From the NCBI GenBank assembly GCA_963801355.1, contig CAWDEM010000004.1, positions 128,001 to 192,000 on the forward strand: DNA of 64,000 bases, read 5' to 3'. Positions 49,823 through 59,432 of this stretch are shown piece after piece. The notes beneath the pieces were generated by a model. The model saw nothing but the letters and a program-made list of their open reading frames with translations, was not told where the DNA came from and did not search any database. The translations under genes and the position numbers were made by a program. This DNA comes from Ignavibacteriota bacterium. GTDB taxonomy: Bacteria; Bacteroidota; Ignavibacteria; UBA10030; UBA6906. Each line of letters begins with the position of its first letter. Within the stretch, counting starts at the first letter, position 1.

Positions 49823-49974
49823 GTGGGGAATTTTTCTCCCCACTCCACATTTTTCCCTCCCCACTTCCCGCCGGAATTCCCCCGATTAGCCCGTAATTGC
49901 CATCCTGACTTGACTTTCACAGGTAATTCCCTATCTTATCCGAGTATTGTGGGTAAAAGTGGGTGGCTGGTGGG
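49823..49974 (+). promoter_or_regulatory. dcw (mraZ) promoter with MraZ-binding GTGGG repeats
   Basis: TTGACT(49910)-N16-TATCTT(49932); GTGGG at 49949, 49959, 49970; further GTGGG/CCCAC copies at 49823-49864. Confidence 0.75.
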
Positions 49975-49996
49975 TACATATCACTGGAGGTGATGC

Positions 49997-50440
49997 GTGT
50001 CTTCTTTCAAGGGTTCATACAGTTATTCCGTCGACAGCAAGGGACGGATTAACATCCCGGCGAGGTTGCGAAAATATGTCTCGACCGACGCCAATGATAC
50101 CTTTATTGTCACGCGTGGCTACGACCAGTGCTTGTATCTGTACCCTCAGGATGAGTGGACCCGGCTTGAACTTGAAATTCGCCAACTCTCGTCAACCAAT
50201 CCTAAGCACCGATTCTTCATTCGCAGATTGCTCGAATGGGCAACCGAAGCACAGCTCGACGGTCAGTTCCGCATCATGCTTCCGAAAGACCTGCTGCAAT
50301 TTGCCGGGATCGAAAACGACGTGCTGATCATCGGAGTGCTGGAACATATCGAAGTGTGGAATCCCCGGATCTACGAAGCGTACCTGAAGACTCAAGACGA
50401 GTCATACGAAGCCGTAGCGCAAACTGTTCTGCAGAAATAA
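49997..50440 (+). CDS. mraZ: Division/cell wall cluster transcriptional repressor
   Basis: VDSKGRINIPARLR and LDGQFRIMLP motifs. Confidence 0.95.
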   Translation: MSSFKGSYSYSVDSKGRINIPARLRKYVSTDANDTFIVTRGYDQCLYLYPQDEWTRLELEIRQLSSTNPKHRFFIRRLLEWATEAQLDGQFRIMLPKDLLQFAGIENDVLIIGVLEHIEVWNPRIYEAYLKTQDESYEAVAQTVLQK

Positions 50441-50444
50441 CGGC

Positions 50445-51389
50445 GTGGTTCCTGGAGTGTTTCACATTCCGGTCCTTTGCCGGGAAGCGGTGGAAGCGCT
50501 GATCACGGATGCGGAAGGGTGCTATGTGGACGGCACCGTGGGAGGCGGTGGTCATGCCGAACAGCTGTGTCTCCGGCTTCGCGGCAGAGGCCGCGTCATC
50601 TGTCTGGATGCCGATGCGGAAGCCCTGACGTCTGCACGCACGCGGCTGGCCCCGTTTGCAGAGCGGACGGATTTTCTTCAAACAAATTTTGCGGAGCTCA
50701 CCGACGCGCTCCGGCGCGTGCATGTCACCCGGATACATGGGCTGCTGCTTGATCTCGGTGTGTCATCACATCAGTTCGACATCCCCGAGCGCGGTTTCAG
50801 TTTTCGTGGCGACGAACGCCTGGACATGCGTCTGGACCGGCGTCAACAGGCGACGGCGTGGGATCTGGTGAACGATGCCTCTGAAGGGGCGCTGGCCACA
50901 CTGCTCTGGGAATTCGGCGAAGAGCGGGAGTCCCGGAGAATTGCGCGCTCTATCGTGGCGGCGCGGCCGGTCGACAGCACCGGAGACCTCCGGAGGATCG
51001 TGGAGCGTGCGGTTGGCGGCCGGTACCTGGTAAAATCCCTGGCGCGGGTGTTTCAAGCATTGCGCATCGCGGTGAATCATGAACTCGACAACCTGAGAAG
51101 TGTCCTTGTACAGGCGATCGGGCTGATGGTTCCCGGGGGTCGGCTTGTGGTGATCTCGTACCATTCGCTGGAAGACCGGATCGTCAAAGAGATGTTCCGC
51201 CGTGAAGCGGCATCGGCGGAGGAAAAGGACAATCCCTTTGCCCGCGGACCGGCGGCGGAGGGGCGGCTGCGGCTGGTCACCCGCAAGCCCGTGATTCCAT
51301 CGGAAGAAGAAACAGCACAGAACCCCCGCGCGCGTAGCGCGAAGATGCGGGTGGCGGAACGAACGGATGTGGGAACGGAGCGGACATAA
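50445..51389 (+). CDS. rsmH: 16S rRNA m4C1402 methyltransferase
   Basis: HIPVL, DGTVGGGGHA, DLGVSSHQ, SYHSLEDR and NPRARSAKMR motifs. Confidence 0.96.
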   Translation: MVPGVFHIPVLCREAVEALITDAEGCYVDGTVGGGGHAEQLCLRLRGRGRVICLDADAEALTSARTRLAPFAERTDFLQTNFAELTDALRRVHVTRIHGLLLDLGVSSHQFDIPERGFSFRGDERLDMRLDRRQQATAWDLVNDASEGALATLLWEFGEERESRRIARSIVAARPVDSTGDLRRIVERAVGGRYLVKSLARVFQALRIAVNHELDNLRSVLVQAIGLMVPGGRLVVISYHSLEDRIVKEMFRREAASAEEKDNPFARGPAAEGRLRLVTRKPVIPSEEETAQNPRARSAKMRVAERTDVGTERT

Positions 51390-51822
51390 AAGCAACGCCG
51401 GACGTGTTCCCGAAGTGCACCGGGAACAACGGTACATCTTCAACGGCGAGCCAACTGCGGCGGTGTCGGGATATGCCGTTCGCCAGAACAGACGGACCAT
51501 CCACCGCCGGCTGTCGACGTTCAATATCATCCTCGCGTTGTTTGTGCTCGGCGCCGCCATCGTGTTCTACATCGACAATATTATAATAGTCAACCGGCTG
51601 GTCGTGGATGTGAATGCACTGCAGGTCAAGTATCAGCGGCAGCTCGAGACCAATGCCGCCCTGCAGGCGGAGGTCAATCACAAGGCATCGCTGGAGCGGG
51701 TCGGGAAGATTGCCTCCGAATCGCTTGACATGATGTATCCGCAGGAACAACCGGAGTGGGTGGGCGTGGATCCTGATTTACAGGAGCGCGCGGCACAGAT
51801 CCGCAAGGAGCTTGGAGAATGA
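51367..51822 (+). CDS. ftsL: FtsL-like cell division protein
   Basis: Single TM plus coiled coil between rsmH and ftsI; start uncertain. Confidence 0.7.
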   Translation: MWERSGHKSNAGRVPEVHREQRYIFNGEPTAAVSGYAVRQNRRTIHRRLSTFNIILALFVLGAAIVFYIDNIIIVNRLVVDVNALQVKYQRQLETNAALQAEVNHKASLERVGKIASESLDMMYPQEQPEWVGVDPDLQERAAQIRKELGE

Positions 51823-53981
51823 CGCGGCCGAACAATCCCATGGCACAGAACATGGTGCCGCGCCATCGGGGGGGCACACGTGCGCGCGGGCTGAAAATCT
51901 TCCTGCTGTTCTGTTTCCTGTTAATGACGGCCCGTCTGGTGCATATCCAGATTGTCCGTGCGGGGGCCTACCGTGAGCAGGCGCGAAGGCAATATGAAGC
52001 CCGTATGACTCTCCCGGCGGCACGCGGGACGATCAGCGACAGAAACGGCAAACTCCTTGTGTCGAATACGTTATACGTTTCGTATGCCGCAGATCCTTTT
52101 ATCGCGGGAAGCGACCGGGACGACATCGCCACCCGGTTTGCCCGGGTGTTCAACAAGCCCCAGCGGGAATACATGGGCGATATGCGCGACGGAACACGGC
52201 GCTTCGTCTGGCTTGAACGGGGCGTCAACCCTTCGGTTGCCTCGCGCATTTCCGGACGTGATCTCCGGGGACTTATCGTCCGCAAAGAGCCGAAGCGGTT
52301 GTATCACTACGACCGTGCCGCCGGACAGCTGATCGGAGTCACGGGCGTGGACAACGGTGGCCTGAGCGGTCTGGAGCAGCAGTTTGACAGGTGGCTCCGT
52401 GGTCATGACGGATTTGTGGTGCTTCAGCGTGATGCCCTGCGCAGGACGCGTCCTACGGTGGATTATCCCCGCACCGACCCCGTCGATGGCCAGAACCTTG
52501 TGCTCACCATTGATGCCGATATCCAGTCGGTGGTGGAAGAAGAACTCGAACGCGGCGTGAATCGGACCCAGGCAGAAGGCGGACAGGCCGTGATGGTGGA
52601 TCCCGCCACGGGCGAGATCCTGGCGATGGCGACGTATCCGTCGATGAACCCGAACAAGACTTCGGACCTCGACCTGGCTGCGATGCGCAACCGGGTCATT
52701 ACCGATGTGTATGAACCCGGTTCTATTTTCAAACTTGTGACGATTTCCTCCGTCGTGGAACATGGTCTTGCCCGCCTGGACGAAAAGTTCAACGCCGAAA
52801 ACGGAACGTATCATGCACCGACCGGCAATGGCCGGACACGGGAAATCACCGACACGCATCCTCAAGCGACGCTGACATTTCAGGAGGCCGTCGAGCAGTC
52901 GAGCAATATCGTGATGGCCAAAGTGGCTCTCCGTATTGGTGCGGAACGACTGTTCCGCATGGCTCGCGCGTACGGCTTCGGTGCGCCGACAGGCATCGAG
53001 CTCCCCGCGGAGGCAGCCGGCGGTCTGAAGAAACCCAAGGACTGGTCGGGAACAACACTGCAATCGATGGCGTACGGGTATGAAGTGAGTGCGACGGCGC
53101 TTCAGATTGTCATGGGATATGCCGCGGTGGCAAACAAGGGCGTTCTCATGAAGCCCTTTGTCGTCCGTCAGGTGACAAACGGACAGGGTGAAGTGATTAT
53201 GGATGCAGAACCCCAGCGGGTCCGTCCCGTCATCTCGCCGCAAAGCGCCGCAACTCTGACGAAGCTCTTTGAAGGAGCGGTGGAACGCGGGACGGGCACA
53301 CCGGCCAAACTGCCGGGGCTGCGCATCGCCGGCAAAACCGGTACCTCACGGTTGACCGTTGAAGGCCGCTACGCACCGGGGAACTATTCAGCCTCCTTTG
53401 TGGGATACTTTCCCGCAGAGGAACCGAAGATCGTTTGTCTGGTGGTGCTCGACCGGCCGCGTACGGGAAGCTATTACGGCGGACAGGCCAGCGCTCCGAT
53501 TTTCAAAGCCATTGTGGAAAAGATTCGGACGATGGCTGGCCGGCTCCGCACGGTGTCGCCCTCGACGGTCATTGCCTCCGGTGATGTGCACAGGGTGCCG
53601 AATGTGATGAACCTCCGGGCCGATGTCGCATCAACCCTTCTCGAAGGGGAGGAGTTCGTACCGGAAGTGTCCGGGGCGGGAACAATGATTGTCGCGCAGT
53701 CACCTGCGCCGGGAATTCTGGTTCCTGTAAAGAGCACAGTGAAGCTCAGCACCAACGCGCTCTCCCGGACGGTTCCTGCAGGCTTCACGCTCGTTCCGGA
53801 GGTGCGCGGACTCCCGCTCCGCCGTGCCATCAACCAGCTGGCAACCCACCAGCTGGAATTCGCCATTGTCGGATCGGGAAACGTGCGTGCACAAGCGCCT
53901 CCGCCCGGAGAACAGGTGCGGCAGGGTACACAGGTAACATTGCGGTGTGAACCCCGGCCGGCAACGGCCGGCAATTCGTAG
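51819..53981 (+). CDS. ftsI: FtsI/PBP3 transpeptidase with two C-terminal PASTA domains
   Basis: RGTISDRNG, EPGSIFK, SSN, KTGT; two VPxV.....V.AQ.P.PG repeats. Confidence 0.93.
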   Translation: MTRPNNPMAQNMVPRHRGGTRARGLKIFLLFCFLLMTARLVHIQIVRAGAYREQARRQYEARMTLPAARGTISDRNGKLLVSNTLYVSYAADPFIAGSDRDDIATRFARVFNKPQREYMGDMRDGTRRFVWLERGVNPSVASRISGRDLRGLIVRKEPKRLYHYDRAAGQLIGVTGVDNGGLSGLEQQFDRWLRGHDGFVVLQRDALRRTRPTVDYPRTDPVDGQNLVLTIDADIQSVVEEELERGVNRTQAEGGQAVMVDPATGEILAMATYPSMNPNKTSDLDLAAMRNRVITDVYEPGSIFKLVTISSVVEHGLARLDEKFNAENGTYHAPTGNGRTREITDTHPQATLTFQEAVEQSSNIVMAKVALRIGAERLFRMARAYGFGAPTGIELPAEAAGGLKKPKDWSGTTLQSMAYGYEVSATALQIVMGYAAVANKGVLMKPFVVRQVTNGQGEVIMDAEPQRVRPVISPQSAATLTKLFEGAVERGTGTPAKLPGLRIAGKTGTSRLTVEGRYAPGNYSASFVGYFPAEEPKIVCLVVLDRPRTGSYYGGQASAPIFKAIVEKIRTMAGRLRTVSPSTVIASGDVHRVPNVMNLRADVASTLLEGEEFVPEVSGAGTMIVAQSPAPGILVPVKSTVKLSTNALSRTVPAGFTLVPEVRGLPLRRAINQLATHQLEFAIVGSGNVRAQAPPPGEQVRQGTQVTLRCEPRPATAGNS

Positions 53982-53988
53982 GTAGACC

Positions 53989-55497
53989 GTGCTCCTCGGC
54001 CGATTGCTGGACGGCGTCGCTGTCAGCAAACTCTTCATGTTGCAATACGGCGCTCTGGCGCAGGTGCAGGACGTCGAAGTGCGCGCGGTGCAGTACGACT
54101 CACGGAGAGTCGATCACGGCGATCTGTTTGTCGCCATCCCCGGGACCTCGGTGAACGGCCAGCGTTTTGTCGATGACGCGATCGGCCGCGGTGCGGTGGC
54201 CGTGGTGCTCGAGGATGATATGGCGGTGCCGGACGCGTTGTTTCTGCACACGCGCGTGGTGAAGATTGTCGTTCCCAGCGCACGCAGAGCGCTCGCAGAT
54301 CTGGCCGCGAACGCATACGGCCATCCGTCTCACCGCCTGCGTCTCGTCGGTGTCACGGGGACCAACGGAAAGACAACGACAACCCACCTGATCAAGGCGG
54401 CACTGGAAGCCAACGGCGAACGGGTCGGTCTGATTGGCACGATTCACTATGATCTGGGAGATGCGCTGGTGCAGGCGACACACACGACACCCGAGTCGCT
54501 CGAACTGAACGCAATGCTCCAGACCATGATCGAACATGGTTGCACGGCGGCGGTCATGGAAGTCTCATCGCATGCACTGGCACAACACCGCGTCCACGGA
54601 GTCCGCTTCGCGGCCGGTGTCTTCACGAATCTCACACAGGATCATCTGGATTATCACGGGACCATGGACGAGTATTGCGCGGCAAAAAGGCAACTCTTCA
54701 GCGGTCTTCCGGCTGATGCCGTCGCGGTGATCAATGCCGATGATCCGCGTGGTGATGAAATGGCGAAGGGAATCCGGGCGCAGGTCGTCCGCTACAGCAT
54801 GAAATCGCACGCCGACATCAGCGCCGGGGACGTATCCATGAGTGTCCGGGGGATGGAGTTTACCGTGTCGATGCCCGGCGGATCAACCTCTGTGCGGACC
54901 GCATTGATCGGCGGATTCAATGTCGCGAACATCCTCGCTGCGATGGGAGCAGCGACGGCGGTGGGTGTGCCGCCGGACATCGCCGCCCAAGGCGTCAGCT
55001 CGGTAAAAGCCGTGCGCGGGCGTTTCGAACAGATGGTTTCACCCGCCGGCTGGACCGCGATCATTGATTACGCCCATACTCCGGATGCACTTGAGAATAC
55101 CCTGCGGGCGATACGGCAGTTGAGCGGTGCGGACAATCACGGGCGCATTATCACGGTGTTCGGATGCGGCGGAGACCGCGATCGCGGCAAACGGCCCCGG
55201 ATGGGACGCATCGCCTCCACGATGAGCGATGTCACCATTGTGACATCGGACAATCCGCGGACCGAAGATCCGCTGGCGATCATCCGGGAAATCTGCGAGG
55301 GCCTGGTCAGCGGTGCGACTGTGCATACCAACGCCGACCGCCGGGCGGCCATTGCCCAGGCACTGACCATGGCGGGTCCCGGCGATGTGGTGCTCATTGC
55401 CGGCAAGGGACACGAAACCTACCAGGTGATCGGCACCACCAGAACGCACCTGGACGACCGGGAAGAAGTGGACGCATTCATGCGCGCGCACCGATGA
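53989..55497 (+). CDS. murE: UDP-MurNAc-tripeptide synthetase (meso-DAP type)
   Basis: GVTGTNGKTTT, MEVSSH, DYAHTPD, DNPR and AGKGHE motifs. Confidence 0.96.
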   Translation: MLLGRLLDGVAVSKLFMLQYGALAQVQDVEVRAVQYDSRRVDHGDLFVAIPGTSVNGQRFVDDAIGRGAVAVVLEDDMAVPDALFLHTRVVKIVVPSARRALADLAANAYGHPSHRLRLVGVTGTNGKTTTTHLIKAALEANGERVGLIGTIHYDLGDALVQATHTTPESLELNAMLQTMIEHGCTAAVMEVSSHALAQHRVHGVRFAAGVFTNLTQDHLDYHGTMDEYCAAKRQLFSGLPADAVAVINADDPRGDEMAKGIRAQVVRYSMKSHADISAGDVSMSVRGMEFTVSMPGGSTSVRTALIGGFNVANILAAMGAATAVGVPPDIAAQGVSSVKAVRGRFEQMVSPAGWTAIIDYAHTPDALENTLRAIRQLSGADNHGRIITVFGCGGDRDRGKRPRMGRIASTMSDVTIVTSDNPRTEDPLAIIREICEGLVSGATVHTNADRRAAIAQALTMAGPGDVVLIAGKGHETYQVIGTTRTHLDDREEVDAFMRAHR

Positions 55498-56900
55498 AAT
55501 TGACGCTCGCCGATCTGCGCAGGATTCCCCATCGGGCGCTCACCGTTCCACCGGGCGCTGCACGATGGACCGCAGCGGGAATCTCCACGGACACACGGAC
55601 GGTCACGCCGGGCATGGTGTATGTCGCGCTGCGCGGAGAGCACTTTGACGGGCATCAGTTTCTCGGGGATGCCGTTGCGCATGGTGCGTCGGCGCTGGTC
55701 GTGCACGCGGACGGTGCAGCTGGAGCGCCCGCGGACATTCCGGTGCTTGTCGTCGAGGATACCACAGCCGCCCTCGCCGCCCTGGCGCAGCAACACCGGG
55801 AGCGTTTCGACATCCCGGTGATTGCCATCGGCGGAAGCAACGGCAAGACCACGACGAAGGAGATGATCGCGGGCATTCTCGCGACACGCTTCAACGTGCT
55901 GGCCACCCGGGGAAATCTGAATAATCAGATCGGGGTCCCGCAGACGCTGTTCGGACTCGATCGCACACATGAGGTCGCGGTGGTGGAAGTGGGAACGAAC
56001 CATCCGGGTGAACTTGCGGTGCTGTGCCGCATGGTGCGGCCGACACACGTGCTCCTGACAAACATCGGTCATGAGCATCTGGAGTTCTTCGGTTCACTGG
56101 AAGGCGTGCTGGAAGAGGAGTCCATGCTGTGGCGTTGGGCGGAGCCCAAGAGCCGGGTGATAGCATTTATCAATACTGACGATCCCCTGTTGCGCAAGGC
56201 CGCACATGGTCTCAAGCGAACGATCACGTACGGGTTCGGAAGGCGGAAGGTCCGTGTGCGTGGCTCTGCTCTCCGGATCGGGGACCGGGGATGCCCCGCG
56301 TTCCGGTTCCGTGGAGGACGGATGCGCGCACGCGCGGAGATCGCTCTCAACGTTCCGGGCATACATAACGCCCATAATGCACTCGCGGCCGCCGCCGTCG
56401 GCGTCGCCTTGCATGTGCCGCCGGCGGACATCGTCGGCGCACTGCAGAATTTCCGCGCACCGGGCAAGCGGATGGAAGTGATACAGATCGGTGATGTGAC
56501 GGTAGTGAACGATGCGTACAACGCGAACGGTGATTCAACCATTGCCGCGCTGCACACGCTTGCCGGGATGCCCTCACGCGGGCACCGCATTGCCGTTCTT
56601 GCCGACATGCTGGAACTCGGAGCGCACAGCAGGGAGGAACATGCGCGCGTTGGTGCAGCGGCGGCAGCACTGCATATTGACTATGTGCTCACCTGCGGAG
56701 CATTGGCCGTGGAAATCTCGCGCGCGGCCGCCGGATGCGTGACGATGCACTACGACCAGAAAAACATGCTTGCGGAATACCTGACCGAACTCGTGGCTCC
56801 GGGCGATGTGGTCCTGGTCAAAGGTTCGCGGGGGATGGCCATGGAGGATATTGTGGTGTTTCTGCAGCAGCGGCTGGAGGCGACATCACCGGCGGCATAA
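55494..56900 (+). CDS. murF: UDP-MurNAc-tripeptide D-Ala-D-Ala ligase
   Basis: GSNGKTTTKE, NLNNQIGVP, NDAYNAN and LVKGSRG motifs; ATGA coupling with murE. Confidence 0.95.
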   Translation: MKLTLADLRRIPHRALTVPPGAARWTAAGISTDTRTVTPGMVYVALRGEHFDGHQFLGDAVAHGASALVVHADGAAGAPADIPVLVVEDTTAALAALAQQHRERFDIPVIAIGGSNGKTTTKEMIAGILATRFNVLATRGNLNNQIGVPQTLFGLDRTHEVAVVEVGTNHPGELAVLCRMVRPTHVLLTNIGHEHLEFFGSLEGVLEEESMLWRWAEPKSRVIAFINTDDPLLRKAAHGLKRTITYGFGRRKVRVRGSALRIGDRGCPAFRFRGGRMRARAEIALNVPGIHNAHNALAAAAVGVALHVPPADIVGALQNFRAPGKRMEVIQIGDVTVVNDAYNANGDSTIAALHTLAGMPSRGHRIAVLADMLELGAHSREEHARVGAAAAALHIDYVLTCGALAVEISRAAAGCVTMHYDQKNMLAEYLTELVAPGDVVLVKGSRGMAMEDIVVFLQQRLEATSPAA

Positions 56901-56929
56901 CACGGCACAGCGACCAGAACGGATGACGC

Positions 56930-58054
56930 ATGCTGTATATACTCCTTGAATGGATCGAACGCGTTGCCCACCCGCCCGGATTCGGGATGGTGCGCTATAT
57001 CACGTTCCGCGCCGCCGCCGCCGCCGTCACCGCGCTGTTGATGGCATTCTGGCTCGGACCCAAGATCATCCGCGCCCTGCGCGATCGCCAGATCGGTGAA
57101 GCGGCAAAGCTGGAGGCGCCCAAAACGCATCTGACCAAAGCCGGCACACCGACAATGGGCGGATTGATTGTGCTTGCGTCGGTCCTGGTGCCGACACTGC
57201 TCTGGGGCAATATCACGAACATGTACGTGGTGCTGATCCTCTTCGTCACGGCGGCACTCGGCGCGGTGGGGTTTCTGGACGACTATCTTAAAGTGATCAG
57301 GAAGAAACCCAAAGGACTTATCGGTCGCTACAAGATCGTGGGACAGGTGGTCGTGGGATTGGTCGTGGGATCGGTCATTTATTTTGCCCCCCAGTGGATT
57401 GATGCGGATTTGTGGAAGCTGAGCTCATCGACGACCGTACCGTTCTTCAAAAATCTGGAATTCGATTTCGGGCGGCTCTACATCCCGGTGGTGGTCTTTG
57501 TGATTGTCGCGACGTCCAACGCGGTCAACCTGACGGACGGCCTGGACGGTCTGGCGATCGGCACGGTGGCGATCGTGGTATTGACGCTGGGGATCATGAG
57601 TTACATTTCGGGCAATGCGGTGCTCAGTCAGTACCTCACGATTCCGTACCTGCGCGGGAATGGCGAGCTGACGGTGTTCTGCGCTGCTCTTGTCGGCGCT
57701 GCGCTGGGTTTTCTCTGGTTCAACGCCTACCCGGCACAGGTCTTCATGGGGGACACCGGTTCGCTGGCGCTCGGCGGAGCCGTGGGAGCGCTCTGTGTCC
57801 TGATCAAGAAAGAACTGCTGCTGCCGACACTCGGCGGCATCTTTCTGGCGGAGACGGTTTCCGTGATCATTCAGCGCCTGTATTTCAAGTACACGAGGCG
57901 CAAATACGGGGAAGGCCGCAGGGTCTTCCGGATGGCTCCCCTGCATCACCATTTCGAACTTCTGGGATGGCCGGAGCCGAAAATTGTCACACGCTTCTAT
58001 ATCGTCGCCATACTGCTGATGATCATCAGCCTGGCGACATTCAAGGTGCGGTGA
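56930..58054 (+). CDS. mraY: Phospho-MurNAc-pentapeptide transferase
   Basis: KAGTPTMGG, GFLDDY, NAVNLTDGLDGL, FMGDTGS and MAPLHHHFE motifs. Confidence 0.97.
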   Translation: MLYILLEWIERVAHPPGFGMVRYITFRAAAAAVTALLMAFWLGPKIIRALRDRQIGEAAKLEAPKTHLTKAGTPTMGGLIVLASVLVPTLLWGNITNMYVVLILFVTAALGAVGFLDDYLKVIRKKPKGLIGRYKIVGQVVVGLVVGSVIYFAPQWIDADLWKLSSSTTVPFFKNLEFDFGRLYIPVVVFVIVATSNAVNLTDGLDGLAIGTVAIVVLTLGIMSYISGNAVLSQYLTIPYLRGNGELTVFCAALVGAALGFLWFNAYPAQVFMGDTGSLALGGAVGALCVLIKKELLLPTLGGIFLAETVSVIIQRLYFKYTRRKYGEGRRVFRMAPLHHHFELLGWPEPKIVTRFYIVAILLMIISLATFKVR

Positions 58055-58058
58055 TTGC

Positions 58059-59432
58059 GTGATCCCGTCCCACATACAGGGAAAGCGTTGTGCGGTGATC
58101 GGTGCGGCGCGCAGCGGCGTGGCGGTGGCCCGCCTGCTGCATGGTGCCGGCGTGCCGGTGTTTGTCAGCGACCACGCGCCCCGCGAGAAGAAGCCGGATG
58201 CAGCCCGCGCACTGGAACAGCTCGGGGTGCCTCATGAGTTCGGCGGTCACAGTGCCCGGCTTCTGGATGCGGACATTATCGTCATCAGCCCCGGTGTGCC
58301 GGATACGGTCCCGGTGGTGCAGCAGGCGCTTCAGCGCGGCATCACGGTGGTCAGCGAGCTTGAAGTGTCGAGCTGGTTCTGCCCCGGTCCCATTGTGGCA
58401 ATCACGGGTACCAACGGCAAGACCACAACGACGACTCTGTGCGGGCGGATATTCGAAGATGCCCGGAAGCCCGTGGTGGTGGGAGGCAACATCGATCCGG
58501 CATTCGCCGATGTGGTGGGCGGCATGACACCCGGGCACACCGCGATCCTGGAAGTAAGCAGTTTTCAATTGGATCATGTGGCCTCGTTCCGCCCGCGCGT
58601 AGCGGTCGTGCTGAATATCACGCCGGATCATATGGACCGGTACGGACATGATTTCTCGAAATACATTGCAAGCAAGTGCCGTGTATTTGCGCAGCAGTGC
58701 GCGGGAGATGCGGTGATTTATAACAATGATGATGAAGTCACGCGGCAGGCGGTGGAGGAACGTCTGCCGGCCGGCGTGCACCGTCTGCCCTTCAGCGTCC
58801 GGCACACGCTGACGGAGGGAGCCTGGCTGGCGGAAAGGACGCTTGCCACGTCCATTCACGGACTGCGCACAGACGTCATCGCAGCGGACGAGATCAGCAT
58901 CCCCGGAACACACAACCTGTACAACGCCATGGCCGCTACGCTGGCAGCACAGGTCATGGGGGTAAGCACGGCATCCATACGCGCAACGCTGCGCGACTTC
59001 AAAGGCGTGGAGCACCGCCTGGAAATGGTGCGGACGGTTGGCGGGGTCACGTACGTCAACGACTCCAAAGCCACCAATGTCGATTCGGTCTGGTATGCAT
59101 TGCAGAGTTACACTGCGCCGCTGGTCCTCCTGCTGGGGGGGCGCGACAAAGGGAACGACTATGCGCGGCTCCGGGAGCCCGTCCGGGACCATGTCAAGGC
59201 CATCGTCGCCATCGGTGAATCGGCCGGCAAGGTGCAGTCGGCGTTTGCCGACATTGTGGCGGTGGACATAGCAACATCAATGGAACAGGCGGTGCGTCTG
59301 GCAACCGGTCGCGCGGCACGTGGCGACATCGTGCTGCTCTCGCCGGCCTGCGCATCGTTCGACTGGTTTGACAATTACGAACACCGCGGCAGGGTGTTCA
59401 AAGAAATTGTGTGCGCGCTTCCGGGTGCATGA
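58059..59432 (+). CDS. murD: UDP-MurNAc-L-Ala D-glutamate ligase
   Basis: ITGTNGKTTT, LEVSSFQL, VNDSKATN and LLSPACASFD motifs. Confidence 0.96.
   Translation: MIPSHIQGKRCAVIGAARSGVAVARLLHGAGVPVFVSDHAPREKKPDAARALEQLGVPHEFGGHSARLLDADIIVISPGVPDTVPVVQQALQRGITVVSELEVSSWFCPGPIVAITGTNGKTTTTTLCGRIFEDARKPVVVGGNIDPAFADVVGGMTPGHTAILEVSSFQLDHVASFRPRVAVVLNITPDHMDRYGHDFSKYIASKCRVFAQQCAGDAVIYNNDDEVTRQAVEERLPAGVHRLPFSVRHTLTEGAWLAERTLATSIHGLRTDVIAADEISIPGTHNLYNAMAATLAAQVMGVSTASIRATLRDFKGVEHRLEMVRTVGGVTYVNDSKATNVDSVWYALQSYTAPLVLLLGGRDKGNDYARLREPVRDHVKAIVAIGESAGKVQSAFADIVAVDIATSMEQAVRLATGRAARGDIVLLSPACASFDWFDNYEHRGRVFKEIVCALPGA

Noticed and set aside
50457-50470. parS-like half site GTGTTTCACATTCC in rsmH
   Set aside because: Only one half matches, and it encodes the conserved FHIPVL peptide.
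55164-55493. N-terminal extensions in the ORF track for murF (also coaBC, rpoZ, DUF1460, mnmE, yidD, dciA)
   Set aside because: Upstream in-frame starts overlap neighbouring genes; downstream starts with an RBS or ATGA coupling fit family lengths better.
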